A stretch of DNA of 64,000 bases, taken from positions 9,858,001 to 9,922,000 of the forward strand of contig OX597826.1 of the NCBI GenBank assembly GCA_951406725.2. The letters are read 5' to 3'. The notes under the pieces are model-generated. The model made no database searches and was not told the origin of the DNA. It saw nothing but the letters and a program-made list of their open reading frames with translations. The position numbers were made by a program, and so were the translations under genes. The stretch comes from Octopus vulgaris (Eukaryota). Positions 37,150-51,500 of this stretch are shown here, in pieces (position 1 is the first letter of the stretch; each line of letters starts with the position of its first letter).

Positions 37150-37276
37150 CTCTCTCTCTGTCAGATAAATTAGATAGATAGAGAGAGAGAGATAGGTAGA
37201 TAGATGGGTAGGTGAGTAGGTAGATAGATAGATAGAGAGATAGATAGATAGGTAGATAGATGGGTAGGTGAGTAGG

Positions 37277-37331
<55 letters not shown>

Positions 37332-37390
37332 GTATGTAGATAGATAGATAGGTATGTAGGTAGATAGATAGGTATGTAGGTAGATAGATA
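37150..37390. repeat. (GATA)n/(GGTA)n array inside a diverged family B SINE (about 36943-37535, minus)
   Basis: Directly visible; SINE halves on both sides. Confidence 0.9.
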
Positions 37391-38022
37391 TGCGCGCGCG
37401 ACAAGCTTCTTTCAGTTTCCGCCATCCAAATCCACTAAAGATTTCGTCGACTCGGGACCACGGAAGACACCTGTCGAAGATGTTACACTGTGAGATTGAA
37501 CCCGGAATCACGTGGTTTAGAAAGCAAACTGCATATCACACCCACCCACGTGTATAATATATAATTTATTTTTAAAATTAGACAAATCACTCGGGGATGC
37601 CGCAATGAAGAAAATAAATAGTTAAGGTAGTAATAACAATATTTAATTGCAGGGAGGTTCAGCGCATTAAATGTCTGAAATACACACATGGATCTATCTG
37701 TGTGTGTGTGTCCCCTTTTATTCCATTATTTGCTTCGGCCATTGGTCACTGTGGTCACGCAGTGGGACACTGCTTTGAAGAGTTTTAGCCAACCAAATCG
37801 AATCTAGTACATATTTTAAAGTCTGGTGATACTTATCGTAACAGTATATTTTAACAGAGTCCGTTAAGTTAGCAGGACGTAAACAAACTAACACCCGTTG
37901 TCAAGTGGTGAGACACACATACATATAGAACAGACATACATTATTGCTTGTCATTTGAACCACCAAAAATTAACACTGAAAATAATAAACAGTCAAGTGC
38001 GTGTGTGTGCGCGTGTATGTAT

Positions 38023-38082
<60 letters not shown>

Positions 38083-38749
38083 CGTTCCTACAAAACAAAG
38101 TCAGAAATTATTTAGTGCGTCACAGATCATAATTTCTGCCGATTCGTATCTTTAAGCATTGTAGATGACGGTTCTCAAAATAAATAAATAAATGTGTGGG
38201 TGTGAAAGAGGCAGAGAGCGACAGATTTGTCCCACACGAGTTTTCATATTTTTATCATTTTCGATTTCCTTTAAAAACGAAAAAGAATTACGTTTTAAAC
38301 GTCCGAACTTATGATTCTCGAAAACCATGGGAAACTTTTGACCAGCGACATCAATATCCCCCACAACCACACAGAATCGTAATCTGCGATGTTTGAAATG
38401 TATCTGAAGAAATGGCTTTTGACACACAAGTTTATTTCTTTCGGAATACGTGTGTGTATGCGTGCGTGCATGCACACAAACACACAGATGTGTCTACTCT
38501 TTTCGTCTACCAAATTCCTTCACATGGCATTTAGCTGGTTCAGAACTATTGCAGAAAAGTGTCGTGCAGCAGAATGAATCCATGCGGTTGCGAAGCAAAC
38601 TCGTTGAGCACAAAGCCATAACAGCATCATATATTTTTCTCTTAATTATAGTGTGTGTGCGCGTGTAGAATAGTGTGAAACACTGTGCCACCGTACAATG
38701 AAAAATATACACTCCTTAACTAACATTGGCAAAATGCAGATATTCTATA

Positions 38750-38867
38750 GAGTGGTTGTATACTGTCAACTTAACGTGACAGTCCCGTAACGGAATTACC
38801 GCTGTTTAGCCCTCTATCGCTCCACCACCGTACATATCTCTATGAGATATTTAGAAATTTAATATTT
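38750..38867. mobile_element. 118-bp insertion with 13-bp TSD
   Basis: CAGATATTCTATA at 38737-38749 and 38868-38880. Confidence 0.7.
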
Positions 38868-39401
38868 CAGATATTCTATATTTTTTTATTTATTGTAAGC
38901 GTTCTAAACGTTACAGCTGGCCAGAAAAATAGATGTCATTTGTGTGACGTCAGTGTCCCAAGAAAAGACACCGAACACCCGCTGGCTCTGTCCACATGCC
39001 TAACAGAGCTCACATAAGGTCATAACAACTGCTTCAGTAATGAGGGCAGGTTTGTACCTCAAAAACTAGATAAGTCCCAGCTGTTTCAAACCGCAACATC
39101 ACCCAGTTGTTTGTTGCATTTTGGAAATGTCTTCTTTGCCGCTAATTAAACATGTAAACTGATCGCAATTATTTTCACTCCTTTATCATTATTTACTTCA
39201 GAGTATCGAGACAGGCACAGGCGTGGCTGTAATGTTAAGAAGCTTGCTTTCCAACTACGTGGTTTCAGGTTCAATCCTACTGTGTGGAACCCTGGGCATG
39301 TCGTTTAAAATAGCCCCAGGCTATGAGTGGATTTGGTAGATGGGGTCTGAAGGAAGCTTGTATATGTACATACATGTGTGTGTATAAATATATGTATATA
39401 T

Positions 39402-39758
39402 GTGGAGGCACAATGGCCCAGTGGTTAGGGCAACAGACTCGCGGTTTCAATTCCCAGACCGGGTGTGGTAAGTGTTTATTGAGCGAAAACACCTAAAGCT
39501 CCACAAGGCTCTGTCAGTGGGGTGGGGCGGGAAACCCTTCTGTACTCTTTCACCACAACTTTCTCTCACTCTTTCTTCCTGTTTCTGTTGTACCTGTATT
39601 TCAAAGGGACAGCCTTGTCACGCTGAATCTCGAGAACTACGTTAAGAGTATACGTGTCTGTGGAGTGCTCAGCCACTTGCACGTTAATTTCACAAGCAAG
39701 CTGTTCCCTTGATCAGATCAACTGGAACCTTCATTGTCATAACCAACGGAGTGCCACG
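39402..39758 (+). mobile_element. SINE family A, tail type c
   Basis: Same head as 6809; different 3' half (..gtgctcagccacttgcacgttaatttcac..). Confidence 0.85.
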
Positions 39759-39800
<42 letters not shown>

Positions 39801-40164
39801 AGTGCATGTTTAAGTGTGCGCATCTCCTGTTCTTGACATTGCATGACAGATGTAAATGAGTGTCACTAATAAAAACATTGTCGTTCATTTCTAATCTTCA
39901 ACAAAAACATATCTGACCATGAGAGAATATTACCTTGCATGGAAACAGGTGAGGACTGGTAACAGAAAGGGTGTCCAACAAAAGAAAATCTGCCTCAACA
40001 GCCTGTCTGACCCATGCAAGCATGGAAAAGAGGATGTTAAAAGTGATGATGATGATATCAAAATCTTTCATCAAACACCTGTAATTTCAGCACTAAATTG
40101 TATATGACATCTATTGGAGCTTTATCATCTGAGTAGGAACTGTAGTTTAAGTTGATGCTGCTGC

Positions 40165-40458
40165 TGTTGAGCAGTCCGGTCCGAAACGTGGTCCTTTGCT
40201 ATTCGTAAGACCTGCAGAAGAGAAAGCAGGTCAACCCCCGACACTGAGAGCATCGACGGATGGATGAATGCGCATCCAGGCTCAGCGGTTGCGTAGGAAG
40301 TCAGGGACAAGAAACAGGAAGAAAGACTGAGAGAAAGTTGGGGCGAAAGAGTACAACAGGGGTCGCCGGAGCCTCGTGGAGCTTTAGGTGTTTTCGCTCA
40401 ATAAACACACACAACGCCCGGTCTGGGAATCGAAACCGCGACCCTCCGACTGCGAGTT
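40165..40458 (-). mobile_element. SINE family A, tail type b
   Basis: Reverse-complement head (gggaatcgaaaccgcg); CpG-rich, probably a young copy. Confidence 0.85.
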
Positions 40459-41009
40459 CACATGACCTAGACTCTAAATTCTTGCTAATTCAGCCCACCT
40501 AATTCCAAGAATAGATATTATCATCATCATTTTAATATCTTGGTTTTCTAAGCTTGCATAGGTCAGACGAATTTGTTGAGGCAGTTTCTCTACAGCTGGA
40601 TACCCTTCCTGTCACCAACACTCACCTATTTTCAAGCAAAGTAATATTTTCCCATGGCCAGACACATTTTACATGGAAGACTGGACATGAACAGTCTTGC
40701 TTGTATAATGATGATACTCATTTACAACCATCACATGATGTCTAGAATGTGGTACAAATACACACACACACATGCCACGCAGAACAATCTTCTTTCAGCT
40801 CCTGTCTACCAAATCCCCCACAAGGCTTTGGGTGATGCAGTACTATGGTAGAAGACACTTGGCCAAAGTGTTGCAGAGCTGGACTGAGCCAGAGACCACA
40901 TGGTTGGGAGGCAAGCTTCTCAAACAACACAGTCATATCTGCATTGTAAATCATGTTTCATGAACTGGCAGTAAATGGATTTCATATAGGTTTCTGATAA
41001 TAAATAGTT

Positions 41010-41376
41010 GTAGGAGTGGCTGTGTGGTAAGTAGCTTGCGTATGAACCACATGGTTCCGGGTTCAGTACCACTGTGTGGCACCTTGGGCAAGTGTCTTCT
41101 ACTATAGCCTCGGGCCGACCAAAGCCTAGTGAGTGGATTTCGTAGACGGAAACTGAAAGAAGCCCATCGTATATACGCATGTGTGTGTGTATATGTTTGT
41201 GTGTCTGTGTTTGTCACCCCAACATTGCTTGACAACTGATGCTGGTGTGTTTACATCCCTGTAACTTAGCAGCTCAGCAAAAGAGACTGATATAATAAGT
41301 ACTAGGCTTACAAAGAATAAGTCCTGGGGTCAATTTGCTAGACTAAAGGCAGTATTCCAGCATGGCAACAGTCGAA
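41010..41376 (+). mobile_element. SINE family B
   Basis: Near-consensus full copy. Confidence 0.9.
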
Positions 41377-43015
41377 TGTAAAATAAAAGTTTATTTTACG
41401 AATTTCATTATTTTCAAAGGCAGTGTATTTCAACAGAAATATGGCAACAAAAGGGTTAATGATTCCTCAAAGAGAATCAAGAGTGTGGCATTATGCAACA
41501 AGGCTGTCCATTCAAATTATGGGCACACTCCAACCAATAAGCTTCCACAGTTTCCCTCAACCCAATTTCGCTAATCAGAAAGGTTTGTATCAATCAGAAG
41601 GTGCAGTAGAAGAAACTTGACTCGACAAGTCCCTTAACCCCTTGGGAGTTGTTGTGGAACCGCAGCCATTGCAGCATATGTAGAACAAAAAAGCCTGGCA
41701 GGGCCCATCCCTCTCCAGGGTAAACCCATTTCTACAGCTGAGAGGACTAGAGCAACATGAAATGAAGTGTTTTGCTCAAGAACACAACTCTTACGATTGT
41801 GAGTCCAACACCCTAACCACTAAGCCATGTGCCTCCACTTACATAACAGAGAAGAAATATTGTTTCTTACTGTACTCCTCCCTGTATAGAACCTCAAAAT
41901 AAAGAAGACCAATAAGTCCAGTCTTCTTCACAATACCTTCAACAGTATGAAAGAGAAGAAGAAAAAAATTCAGATTTAGATATTGACTTAACAGTGTTTT
42001 TAGTTCAATTAAAGTTGACAGTCAAGTTCATATTTCATGGAGCTGATAATATCATTTCACATCCTCCAACCTACAAACTCCAGAATAAATATTTACTCTT
42101 ACAAGGTTGTCCTGACATCATTTCAAATGCCCAAAAATTAGTAGTACAATATAACCATACCTACACACACACACTATACACAAGCATAAATACATATACC
42201 CTTTATGTGTGTGTGTGTGTAATATCTACATAATACCTACAAACAAGCAGGCATGCACACACACACATACATTTGTATGATACAGTTGGCCAGTTTTCAT
42301 TATTAGTATCTTGGTATTATTAATAAACAACTCACACAGATGACACAGTTTAATGACAAAGCACGGTTGCTAAGCTACTGTCCACACAGAGTAATTAGAT
42401 ACAATACAATTAAATATAGATCCTTTGTGGATGCTCAGACATAATAAAGCTGCAGTGAATGATGAGGAAAAAAGGAGAGAAAAAATCTCCAGAAACGAAA
42501 ATAGCAACTAAGAATTGATGATTATAACCATTTCTCTGGTAGCCACATGATTATTAAACCACAGGATGTCCATCTTGCACACACACCTGTCCTAATATAA
42601 AAGCTTAATAGGCAAGGAATTAGAATACCAAACTGCTAAAGCTTAAACCAAACAAGTGATATTTCATTGTTTGCACACACACACACACAATAAGAATTTA
42701 CTTGAGCTAATCTGGGACCATCTACGTGGCCATTCAACTTGCTAGATACAGAAGCCAAATGTCTGTCAAATAACACCCAAGCATCTTGTAAAAAAAAGAA
42801 CAGATTGAAGAATGAAGCCTAAGATATACTAGGTTTTACAATGAGAAGAGATAGTCACAGCTGGAAGGCCTTTGACAAGAGATTTACACAGTGAGAACTG
42901 ACCTTGGCTATCTCTGAATAATGGAAAATATATATATATATATATCTGTTATCTTTTACTTGTTTTAGTAATTGAACTGCAGATATGCTGGAGTACCACC
43001 TATAAGGGCCTAGTT

Positions 43016-43535
43016 TAGGGGTGGGGAAACTCCTGCCCATGGGCGCAATTGTGCCCACAAGCCCATTTTATTTCACTCGCAGGCTGACATACTCATATGT
43101 ACAAAATATAGTAAATTTTTCAATTATAAAATTTATACAATATTCATATGTCTATTTCCGACATAGGTCGCATTTCTACTACGACTTAAAACGGTTAGAC
43201 TTGAATAGAAAATTGACCGGTAGTTGCCATTTGAATGGAAATTTTGCTTTCACTATAAAACATATTCTTCCCCTTGAGACCCAACTACACTCTAGCTGAA
43301 AAATATAAAAACCTCATAAGTACTATAAATGTCCTGAATTCAGTGGCGGTGTTAATGAAGATGTTACGCATTAATTTAATGCTAAACTTATCTTTATTAA
43401 TGTATATCGAATTATACATAGATATATGCTAGATTTACATAGATATAAGAGTTAGAACCTGTGGTCTGCCCATAGACCGTTTTCTTTTTTTTTGGAAATG
43501 TTTGACCACTGCACTAAAAAGTTTTCCCACCCTTG
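43016..43535. mobile_element. hAT-like MITE nested in a family B SINE
   Basis: Termini taggggtggggaaact and agttttcccacccttg; 8-bp TSD gcctagtt/gtctagtt; SINE sequence continues on both sides. Confidence 0.75.
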
Positions 43536-45383
43536 GTCTAGTTGAATAAATCAACCTTTGTTCTTAGTTTTTTAAATCTGGTGCTTATTCTATCAGACTC
43601 TTTTGCTGAACCACTAAGTTACATGGACAGAAATAAACCAACATTACACTGGTTGTCAAGCAGTGAAAGGACAAATATAAACACAAAGACACACACACAC
43701 ACATGTGACAAAGACTTTGTCAACTAAATTGGTTAAGAAGCTGTGTGCAGCACATGAGACAAAGGAATTCTACTAAAGCCTTGCGAGTCAATTTGGTAGA
43801 TAGACACTGAAAGAAGCTAATCATATGTATATATACATATCATCATCATCATCATTTATCACCTACTTTTCCAAGCTTACACAGGTCAGATTTACTACAG
43901 CAGGATGCCTTTCCTGTTGCCAACCTACATCTGTGTCCAAGCAAGGAAATAGACGTTTTTCATGGAAGACTGGGAATGAACAACCTCACTTGTATGACAG
44001 TGATGCTCATTTACAACTATCATGTGATGTCTAATCAAGAGAACATACAAATACACACACGGAGAAAGAGAGAGAGGTAGACAGGCTTCTTTCAGTTTCC
44101 ATCTACTAAATCCACTCACAAGGCTGCCCAAGAGTATTCTACAAGGCACTTGCCCAAGGTGCCATGCAGCAAGACTAAACCCAAGACCACATGATTGGAA
44201 AGCAAACTTCTTAAGCACAGAGCCACACACACACACATGTATGTGGGGGGGGGGGGAGCATCCCTTTGTTTTGATATAGCAGGATGATTGAAAATGGGCA
44301 CCATTCATTTCCTATCTTTGATGAAAAACATATTTGGCCATAGGAAAATATTAGATCACTTGGAATCAGGGGAGGATTGGTAAGAGGAAGGGTCTCTACC
44401 CACAGAAAATCTACCTTGACAATTCCATCTGACCCATACAAGTACAGAAAAGTGAACATTAAAACAATGAGGATGGTAAATGAATAACGGATAGACGGAC
44501 AAGCAGATTGACAGAGATATTAACCAAACAGAGACTAATGTATAATTTCTTTTCTACTGTAGGCAGAATGGCCTGACACTTTAAGGGACGGGGCTAGTCA
44601 ATTACAGCAACCCCAGTGCTTCACAGGTACTTATTTCAGTGACCCCGAAATGATGAAAGGCAAAGTCAGCCTCAGCAAAATCCTTAAACTCAGAACGTAA
44701 TGTTGGATGAAATGCCAAAACTACCGTATAATTTATTTTTCTATTTATTATAACCAGAACTAAATTATTGAAATGATTCCAGACTTATTTTCCTTCGTAT
44801 ATCACAACACCTGAAAGTAAGGTTTCTATGTGATTGCTTAACTTTTGAGATATAGAAACAAATTCTTCATATCAAACCCATAATTATTTTAAAATGGAAG
44901 CAAACATTGGACAATCATCAGAAGAAACCCCTTCCTCAAATGTCTACTCAATCAAACAACCCTGAGGTAAAAACAATATCAGAAAGAGTTAGACAGACAG
45001 AGAGATGGATAAAAACAAAAGAGAGAGAAATAAAAAGAAGTGAGACTAAAAAGTGCAAAAGATGAAAAGAGAGAGAAACTAGGGAGAGAATGAAGAGAAA
45101 TTGCAAAGAGAGAGCAATGAAGTAAAAATAGTAACTACAAAAAAAAAAACTTAAATTTATGTTTTCAAATCCTGGTGAGAAATTTTGAATGTTATTTTAG
45201 TAAGTGTCAACGAGAACAGGATGATGATACAAATAAACAATGATTGTGTGTGTGTGTGTATTTGCCCAACCAATTAAATGATGATGATGAGGAGGAGGGA
45301 TATATCCAAGTACTGCAGAAAGGAAGACGGAAAGACATTAAATACTGCTGGTGCAATAAGGAAACCAGTCATTAAAAACTACT

Positions 45384-45429
<46 letters not shown>

Positions 45430-45454
45430 TGTATGTATGTATATATATATACAC

Positions 45455-45654
45455 CAGTGCTTTTCAAACTTTTTGCTGGAGCGGAACCCCAAGGAAACAT
45501 TCCACTGGCTCGAGGAACCCCTGTGCAATAATTTAATAGTCTTATGCAAACATATCTGCACAGGAGAATTAAAAATTACTGCCGATTTAGCAGTTTTGTA
45601 ACTTCTTGCGGAACCCTTGGACTGTACTGGCGGAACCCTGGTTGAAAACCACTG
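45455..45654. mobile_element. hAT-Charlie-like MITE (200 bp)
   Basis: TIRs cagtgcttttcaa and ttgaaaaccactg; 8-bp TSD ATATACAC; subterminal ggaaccc repeats. Confidence 0.88.
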
Positions 45655-46318
45655 ATATACACACACATACATATAATGGAGATTAACACTATCCCTCCCT
45701 CCACGTGATAAACTTGAAAAAAAATTGTTAAATTATTTTTCTTAATATGAAACTAATGGTAGCCTTAATACACAAATAAAGAAATTTTATCCACCCATGT
45801 AGTGTTGGGCACTCATTCGTTTACATCACAGTCACTCAGAAGATATTGTTTGGCCCAGAGCTATTGTAGAAGATGTTTCCCTAATGTCCCACACAGTGGG
45901 AATGAAGTCAAAAGCACATGGTTGGAAAGCGACCTTCTTACAAACACACAGTTATGTCTATGTGTGTGTGTATCATCTTAACATCCACTTTTCCATGCTT
46001 GCATGGCTCGGATGGGAATATGCTGAGGCATAGTTTTTTCAACCAGATGCTGTTGCCAATCCCCTTGTAATAATCTCCTGGGCTGTTGAATCACTAACGG
46101 CCCAGACATGTTTTATGTGGAGGGGGGGAGGCGAACAAATATCCTGGTCCTTTGTCATTTCCTCTGTCAAAGCTCCAAGTCTTGAGGCCAGTCTAAATGA
46201 AATAATTACCAGACTCAGTACTGAGGTTGATATAATTGACTAAAACCATGAGGTCGGTAGACCAGTGTGGCTTGAGCCTGAAGGCTGAAACCAGTAAAGG
46301 AAGGATGGATGGATGGAT

Positions 46319-46355
<37 letters not shown>

Positions 46356-46489
46356 AATCCTTAAACCCTTAAAAATGTTTCAGCCCGAAGGCTGTGGCAC
46401 CATCGTTTATATATATATATATAAATTGAATTTTTTTCCTTGTAAGTTTGGATTTTATTCCATCAAATAATAATTATATATATATATAT

Positions 46490-46668
46490 GCTGGTGGCAC
46501 ATAAAAAGCACCACTACACTCACGGAGTGGTTGGCATTAGGAAGGGCATCCAGCTGTAGAAACACTGCCAGATCAGACTGGAGCCTGGTGCAGCCTCCTG
46601 GCTTCCAAGACCCCGGTCAAACCGTCCAACCCATGCTAGCACGGAAAACGGACGTTAAACAATGATGA
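46490..46668 (+). mobile_element. RTE-associated 3' end
   Basis: Homologous to 16395-16577. Confidence 0.8.
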
Positions 46669-47714
46669 ACACAAAGAATGAGAGAGAAGCTCACAATTAT
46701 ATAGTTTTCAACTCACTTAGGCCATGTGTCTTGAACAATAGCCCTGGTTTGATCAATATCTTGTGAACAGAATGCAGTAGATGGGAAACTGTACAGAAGC
46801 TTGTTACAATTGTTATGTGTTTGTGTGCGTTTATGTCTCCATCAGCCTGGTGTGTGGGTGTTTTGTCCTGTTGCTATTAGTTCAGTCACAACACAACAGC
46901 AGTAGTAGTAGTATGAGATAACCCGATGACAATGTACTCGGAAAGTGATCCAGTAACTTCAGCCACATCTGTTATAGATATACCACCCAGGCCAGATAAT
47001 AGAACAATGCAATCTAAACAATAAGTCTTAATGCCCACACACTTTCCAAGGTTTTAATTTATTTGCTGTGTGTGTGTGTGTGTATGTGTGTGTGCGTTTT
47101 ATGGCCTACATTGGCAAGAAGACATTTCATTGGAGTTGCTTTTATTCTTTATCTCCTTATCAACCCTTATCCAGGAGACTTTGGTAAAAGGTTCTGAAGC
47201 ATCTGGCCTTATTCTCTGACATAGTATATCTAAGATTAAGGTGTCCAATTTTTCAAGTAGTTAAGGTATTGAGAACGATTTCACAGTTGTTTCTAGCAAG
47301 TTCGGAAACCCTATAGAAGTCCTTAAAATTAGCTCTGGCCGTATGGAGCTGTTATTTTTTCAACTGGAGACCCTTCCTATCATCACCCAACGTTTATAAG
47401 AACGACTGAAGCAAGCAGAGTTATGTGCCTTGCCCAATAGCATAACACAGTAGAGATATCTTAATATCTACACATGGTGACAGCTTTACAAGCTCATATT
47501 TCCATTTAATACATTTATGTAGGCATGCATGTGCACACGGACTGATAGATGTGAGCATTGTAGAGTTGTGGTAGATTAACACTGACAAAAACTTCATTTT
47601 CAGATGAATCATTTAACTTCAAGTACTCTGGTGCCAATAATTCCCCAACCACTGCCAATAATCTGGGTGAAGATGGACTCCTTCAGACATTTCCGTTTAT
47701 GGTTCTGTCTAAAG

Positions 47715-47968
47715 CAGTGGTTCTTACCCAGGGTCCCATATGACCATTGGAGGCCCATTTTAAGATTTTGCTGTTAAAACTTATGTACCATAAATAAATT
47801 AATTCTACTTCTACAATATACAAAATATTTTTTTTTCATACAATTCCTAATATTTGATTATAAAAATATAAACAGGATTTTTTAAACATGGAATGGTTAT
47901 GAGTATCCACCTGAGTGAAATAAAAATTAATGGGGTCCATAAGCCAAAAACAGTTGAGAAAACCATTA
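47715..47968. mobile_element. hAT-Charlie-like MITE
   Basis: cagtggttctt...gagaaaaccatta; TSD gtctaaag/gtctagag. Confidence 0.7.
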
Positions 47969-47976
47969 GTCTAGAG

Positions 47977-48573
47977 CATGGGTACTCAAAGTGGGTGCTG
48001 AGACAGTCTAGGTGGGCTCTGGTGCCTAAAGGGGTGGTAGAGAAAAAGGAGGCATTGGGAGGAAGGCTGTGGATTGGCAGACACTATGAATTTATTATAA
48101 TATTATAGTATTGTATACAAATTATGTACTGTTATGTATTATTATATAAAATATCGTGGAGGCATATGGCCTAGTGGTTAGAGCAACGGACTCGCGGTCG
48201 AGGGATCACAAGTTTGAATCTCAGACCTGGCGATGTGAGTGTTTATGAGTGAAACACCTAAGCTCCATGCGGCTCCGGCAGAAGGTAATGGCGAACTTCT
48301 GCTGACTCTTTCACCACAACTTTCTCTCACTTTTTCCTCCTGCATCTTGCAGCTCACCTGTGATGGACCGGAGTCCTGTCCAGGTGGGGAACCTATATGC
48401 CAAGGAAACTGGAGAAACCGGCCCTATGAGCCAGGCATAGCTCGAGAAGGAACAAACAAACATATTAAATATCAAATAATTCATAGTATATATAAATAAG
48501 TAAAATATAAAATATTTATTAATACATAAAAATAAGGGTGGGGGCGATTGCCCAAAAATTTTGGGAACCTCTG
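47977..48573. mobile_element. Second hAT-like MITE, interrupted by a SINE
   Basis: catgggtactcaaa...tttgggaacctctg; TSD GTCTAGAG at 47969-47976 and 48574-48581. Confidence 0.7.
48156..48461 (+). mobile_element. SINE family A, tail type d
   Basis: tRNA-Arg-like head; tail ..cctgtgatggaccggagtcctgtccagg..ggaaactggagaaaccggccc..(AAAC)n. Confidence 0.85.
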
Positions 48574-51500
48574 GTCTAGAGGGAGTAATTTATCCCTAAC
48601 AAACCCTTTTACTGACAACTCGACAATCTTTTAAGGCCTAAAGGGACATATTCATGCACAGATAAATAGTGAAATTGTGTAAATTATCCACAGAATGTGC
48701 TCAGTATTTGTGTTAAAGTTTGTATATATTGTTTAAACACAAATCATTATAGCATCATTACTTTTAGTTTCTGAAAAGCAAAATAGATGTGTTACTGGAT
48801 ATTGTTGTTGTTATTGTTTTGTAAATGAAGTGAGCAAGTGAAACCTTTAGCAAGTTAAGACAAAACACTTAGTGGCATTTCTCCTGGCTCTTTACGGTCT
48901 GAATTTACATCCCACTATGGTCTTATGGTCAACTTTGCCCTTCACCCCTCCAGAGTTAATAAAATAAGTACCAGTCAAGTACTGGAGTTGATGTAATCGA
49001 ATGCCTTCTCCTCTCAAGACTGCTGGCTTTGTGTTAGGATTCATCATAATCATTTAAGGTTCATTTCCTGGACAGCTTGACAGGAGCTGGCAAGACAAGG
49101 GGTCACACCAGGTTTTACAGTCTGCTTTAGCTTGGTTCCTACAGCTGGATGCCCTTCCTAATGGCAACCACTATAGAGAGTGTACTGAGTGCTTTTTACA
49201 TGGCAGCACCATCAGTACTTTTTATGTGTTGCCAGCACCAGTGCTTTTAACATGGAACCAGCACCAGTGTTCTTAATGTGGCACCACCATCAGTGCCTTT
49301 AATGTCACACCAGCATTAGTGCTTTTAACATGGCACCAGAAGTATTATAATCATTATTTAATAAATGTGGTGAGCTGGCAGAATCATTCGAGTATCAAAA
49401 AGTGCCTTGTAGCATTTCTTCCAGCACTTTACATTTTGGCTTCAAATCCAGCTGAGATCAACCTTACCTTCCACCCTTTCAAGGTCAATAAAATAAAAGT
49501 ACCAGTCAAATATTGGGGTTGATGGAACTGAATAACACACTCCTCTCAAAAACTGTTGGCCTTCTGTCTAAATCAATCAGAAACTATGATTATTGTTAGT
49601 TGGAATTACAGAAGGGATGGTGACAATAACCATTTCAGTACCACCCAAAATGGTGAGTTTAACAATTATACAATTCCATATTCAGTTTTTCCCAGTAGAT
49701 GTCAATGTCTACAGGGAAAACACAAGTCAGAAGAAATTTCAGAGGATCCATAGTTCTGAGAGTGAGAAATGATTGGGTAAAATGTTAAGAGACTTATGGT
49801 TTGAGGCAAGGGAGAGCAGTGTGCAGTTTGCTGATTCAGAAAACCAGAGACTGTTGTTGCAGTGGGAGAAAGAGAGAGGAAAGAGTGCAGCCGAGGCCAG
49901 AAAAACTGTAGCATGTTGTTGGGTGAGTCATTGCCAATCAGCCAAAATGGCCTTATTTTAGATGCAGTCTAGGATATGTGTGTGTAGCAGCAGTAATGTC
50001 TCAGATATGTCAGCAGCACTTTAATATGGGTCATACACGAGCTTTGTAGTGGGTCAGCAACTGACTGAAGCTGAAGTATTTTATGTGAAGCTGCCATGAA
50101 AGAGAAACCTAATATGCATGTTTTTTTTAATGTTGTTAACGTTTAGCTTCCATTTTGAGTGATCGAGCAAAGGCATTCCAACCATGACTGTCTTGAGCTT
50201 TTATGGGTAACTAGGACTAAATTATCGTTTATTCTTAAAGCTTTTAAAGACAATAGGTGGAGGTGAAAGATTTGGTTGCTATTTCTAGCAGGTCAGCCAA
50301 CCACATAGAGCCAATGCTTGTTGACTTATGTTGTCCATGTACAGAGAGGGTGTGGTACAAGATTATTCCGTTGATATGAGATTGTTTTGATACTGTTCAA
50401 GGAGATTGTATTGTCTTGCTCATATTTTTTTACCAAACACACAAATTCAATCAATGCAACGTATTTTATATTTGTTTTTTTGTTTTTCAAACCTTATTTT
50501 ATTACTTTTAAATATCTTTAGACTCAGTGGGTTTTGTTTTATATTTTTTCTTTTCTCCCCTGTAAATTCAGCTTTACTCCATAGTTTGTGCTATTTTCTA
50601 TTACTCATATGAAATTATTTCAACTTGGAAACTAAAAGCTATAAAGCTACTAAATCCTGTCCACAAACTCAGTAATAATTACAACAAAAGGCACTGGAGT
50701 AGCGAGTTCAAATCCTATTGAGTTAAAACAATTTCATCACCTATACCTCTCTTCCTCTTAATATAGCTTTTTCCAATTTCAACTAATATATACGTTTTTG
50801 CATTACACTATAACAGACAATAGTCAAAATATAATATTTAAATCAAAGCAATTCTTATTCCTGAGCAAGGCACATAACTCTTGTTACCTCAGTTCCTGGA
50901 TCACACTAAATACGTCTCCTATTTTTATTAGAGAACTATCTGCACCCTTCCTTCTGTGTTTTACAGACACACACATCTATTTTTCTATGATTGTGTAAAC
51001 TAGATGAATATACCATAGAGGTATCATTTTACAGCCAGATGCTCATTTTGCTGCTAACCCTTACTTGTTTACCGAGTAAGGGATCTCTTATTCCTCGTCT
51101 TCAAGGGTGCAAAGCCTGCAGATGATTCACAGACAGGGGAAACGACAATACCACTGTTGGTAGCTCAGGGATTTTCAGACATGGGCAAATGAAAACAAAC
51201 ACAACAGGCTTCTTTCAATTTCCATTAATGAAATCCACTGACAAGGCTTTGGTTGATCCTGGACAACAGTAGAATACATTTCACCCAAAGCACCAATCAG
51301 TGGGAGCTCATCGATCGCGCACGTGTGTGTGTGTGTGTGTATGTGTATACATGCACATATACACAAATACAAAAGGCTTCTTTCAGTTTCCACCTACCAA
51401 ATTCATTCACAACAGTTTGGGCAGTCTAGGGCTATAGTAGTAAACAGATACACAGGGTGCTAAGCAGTGGGACTGAACCCTAAACCATATGATTTAGGCA

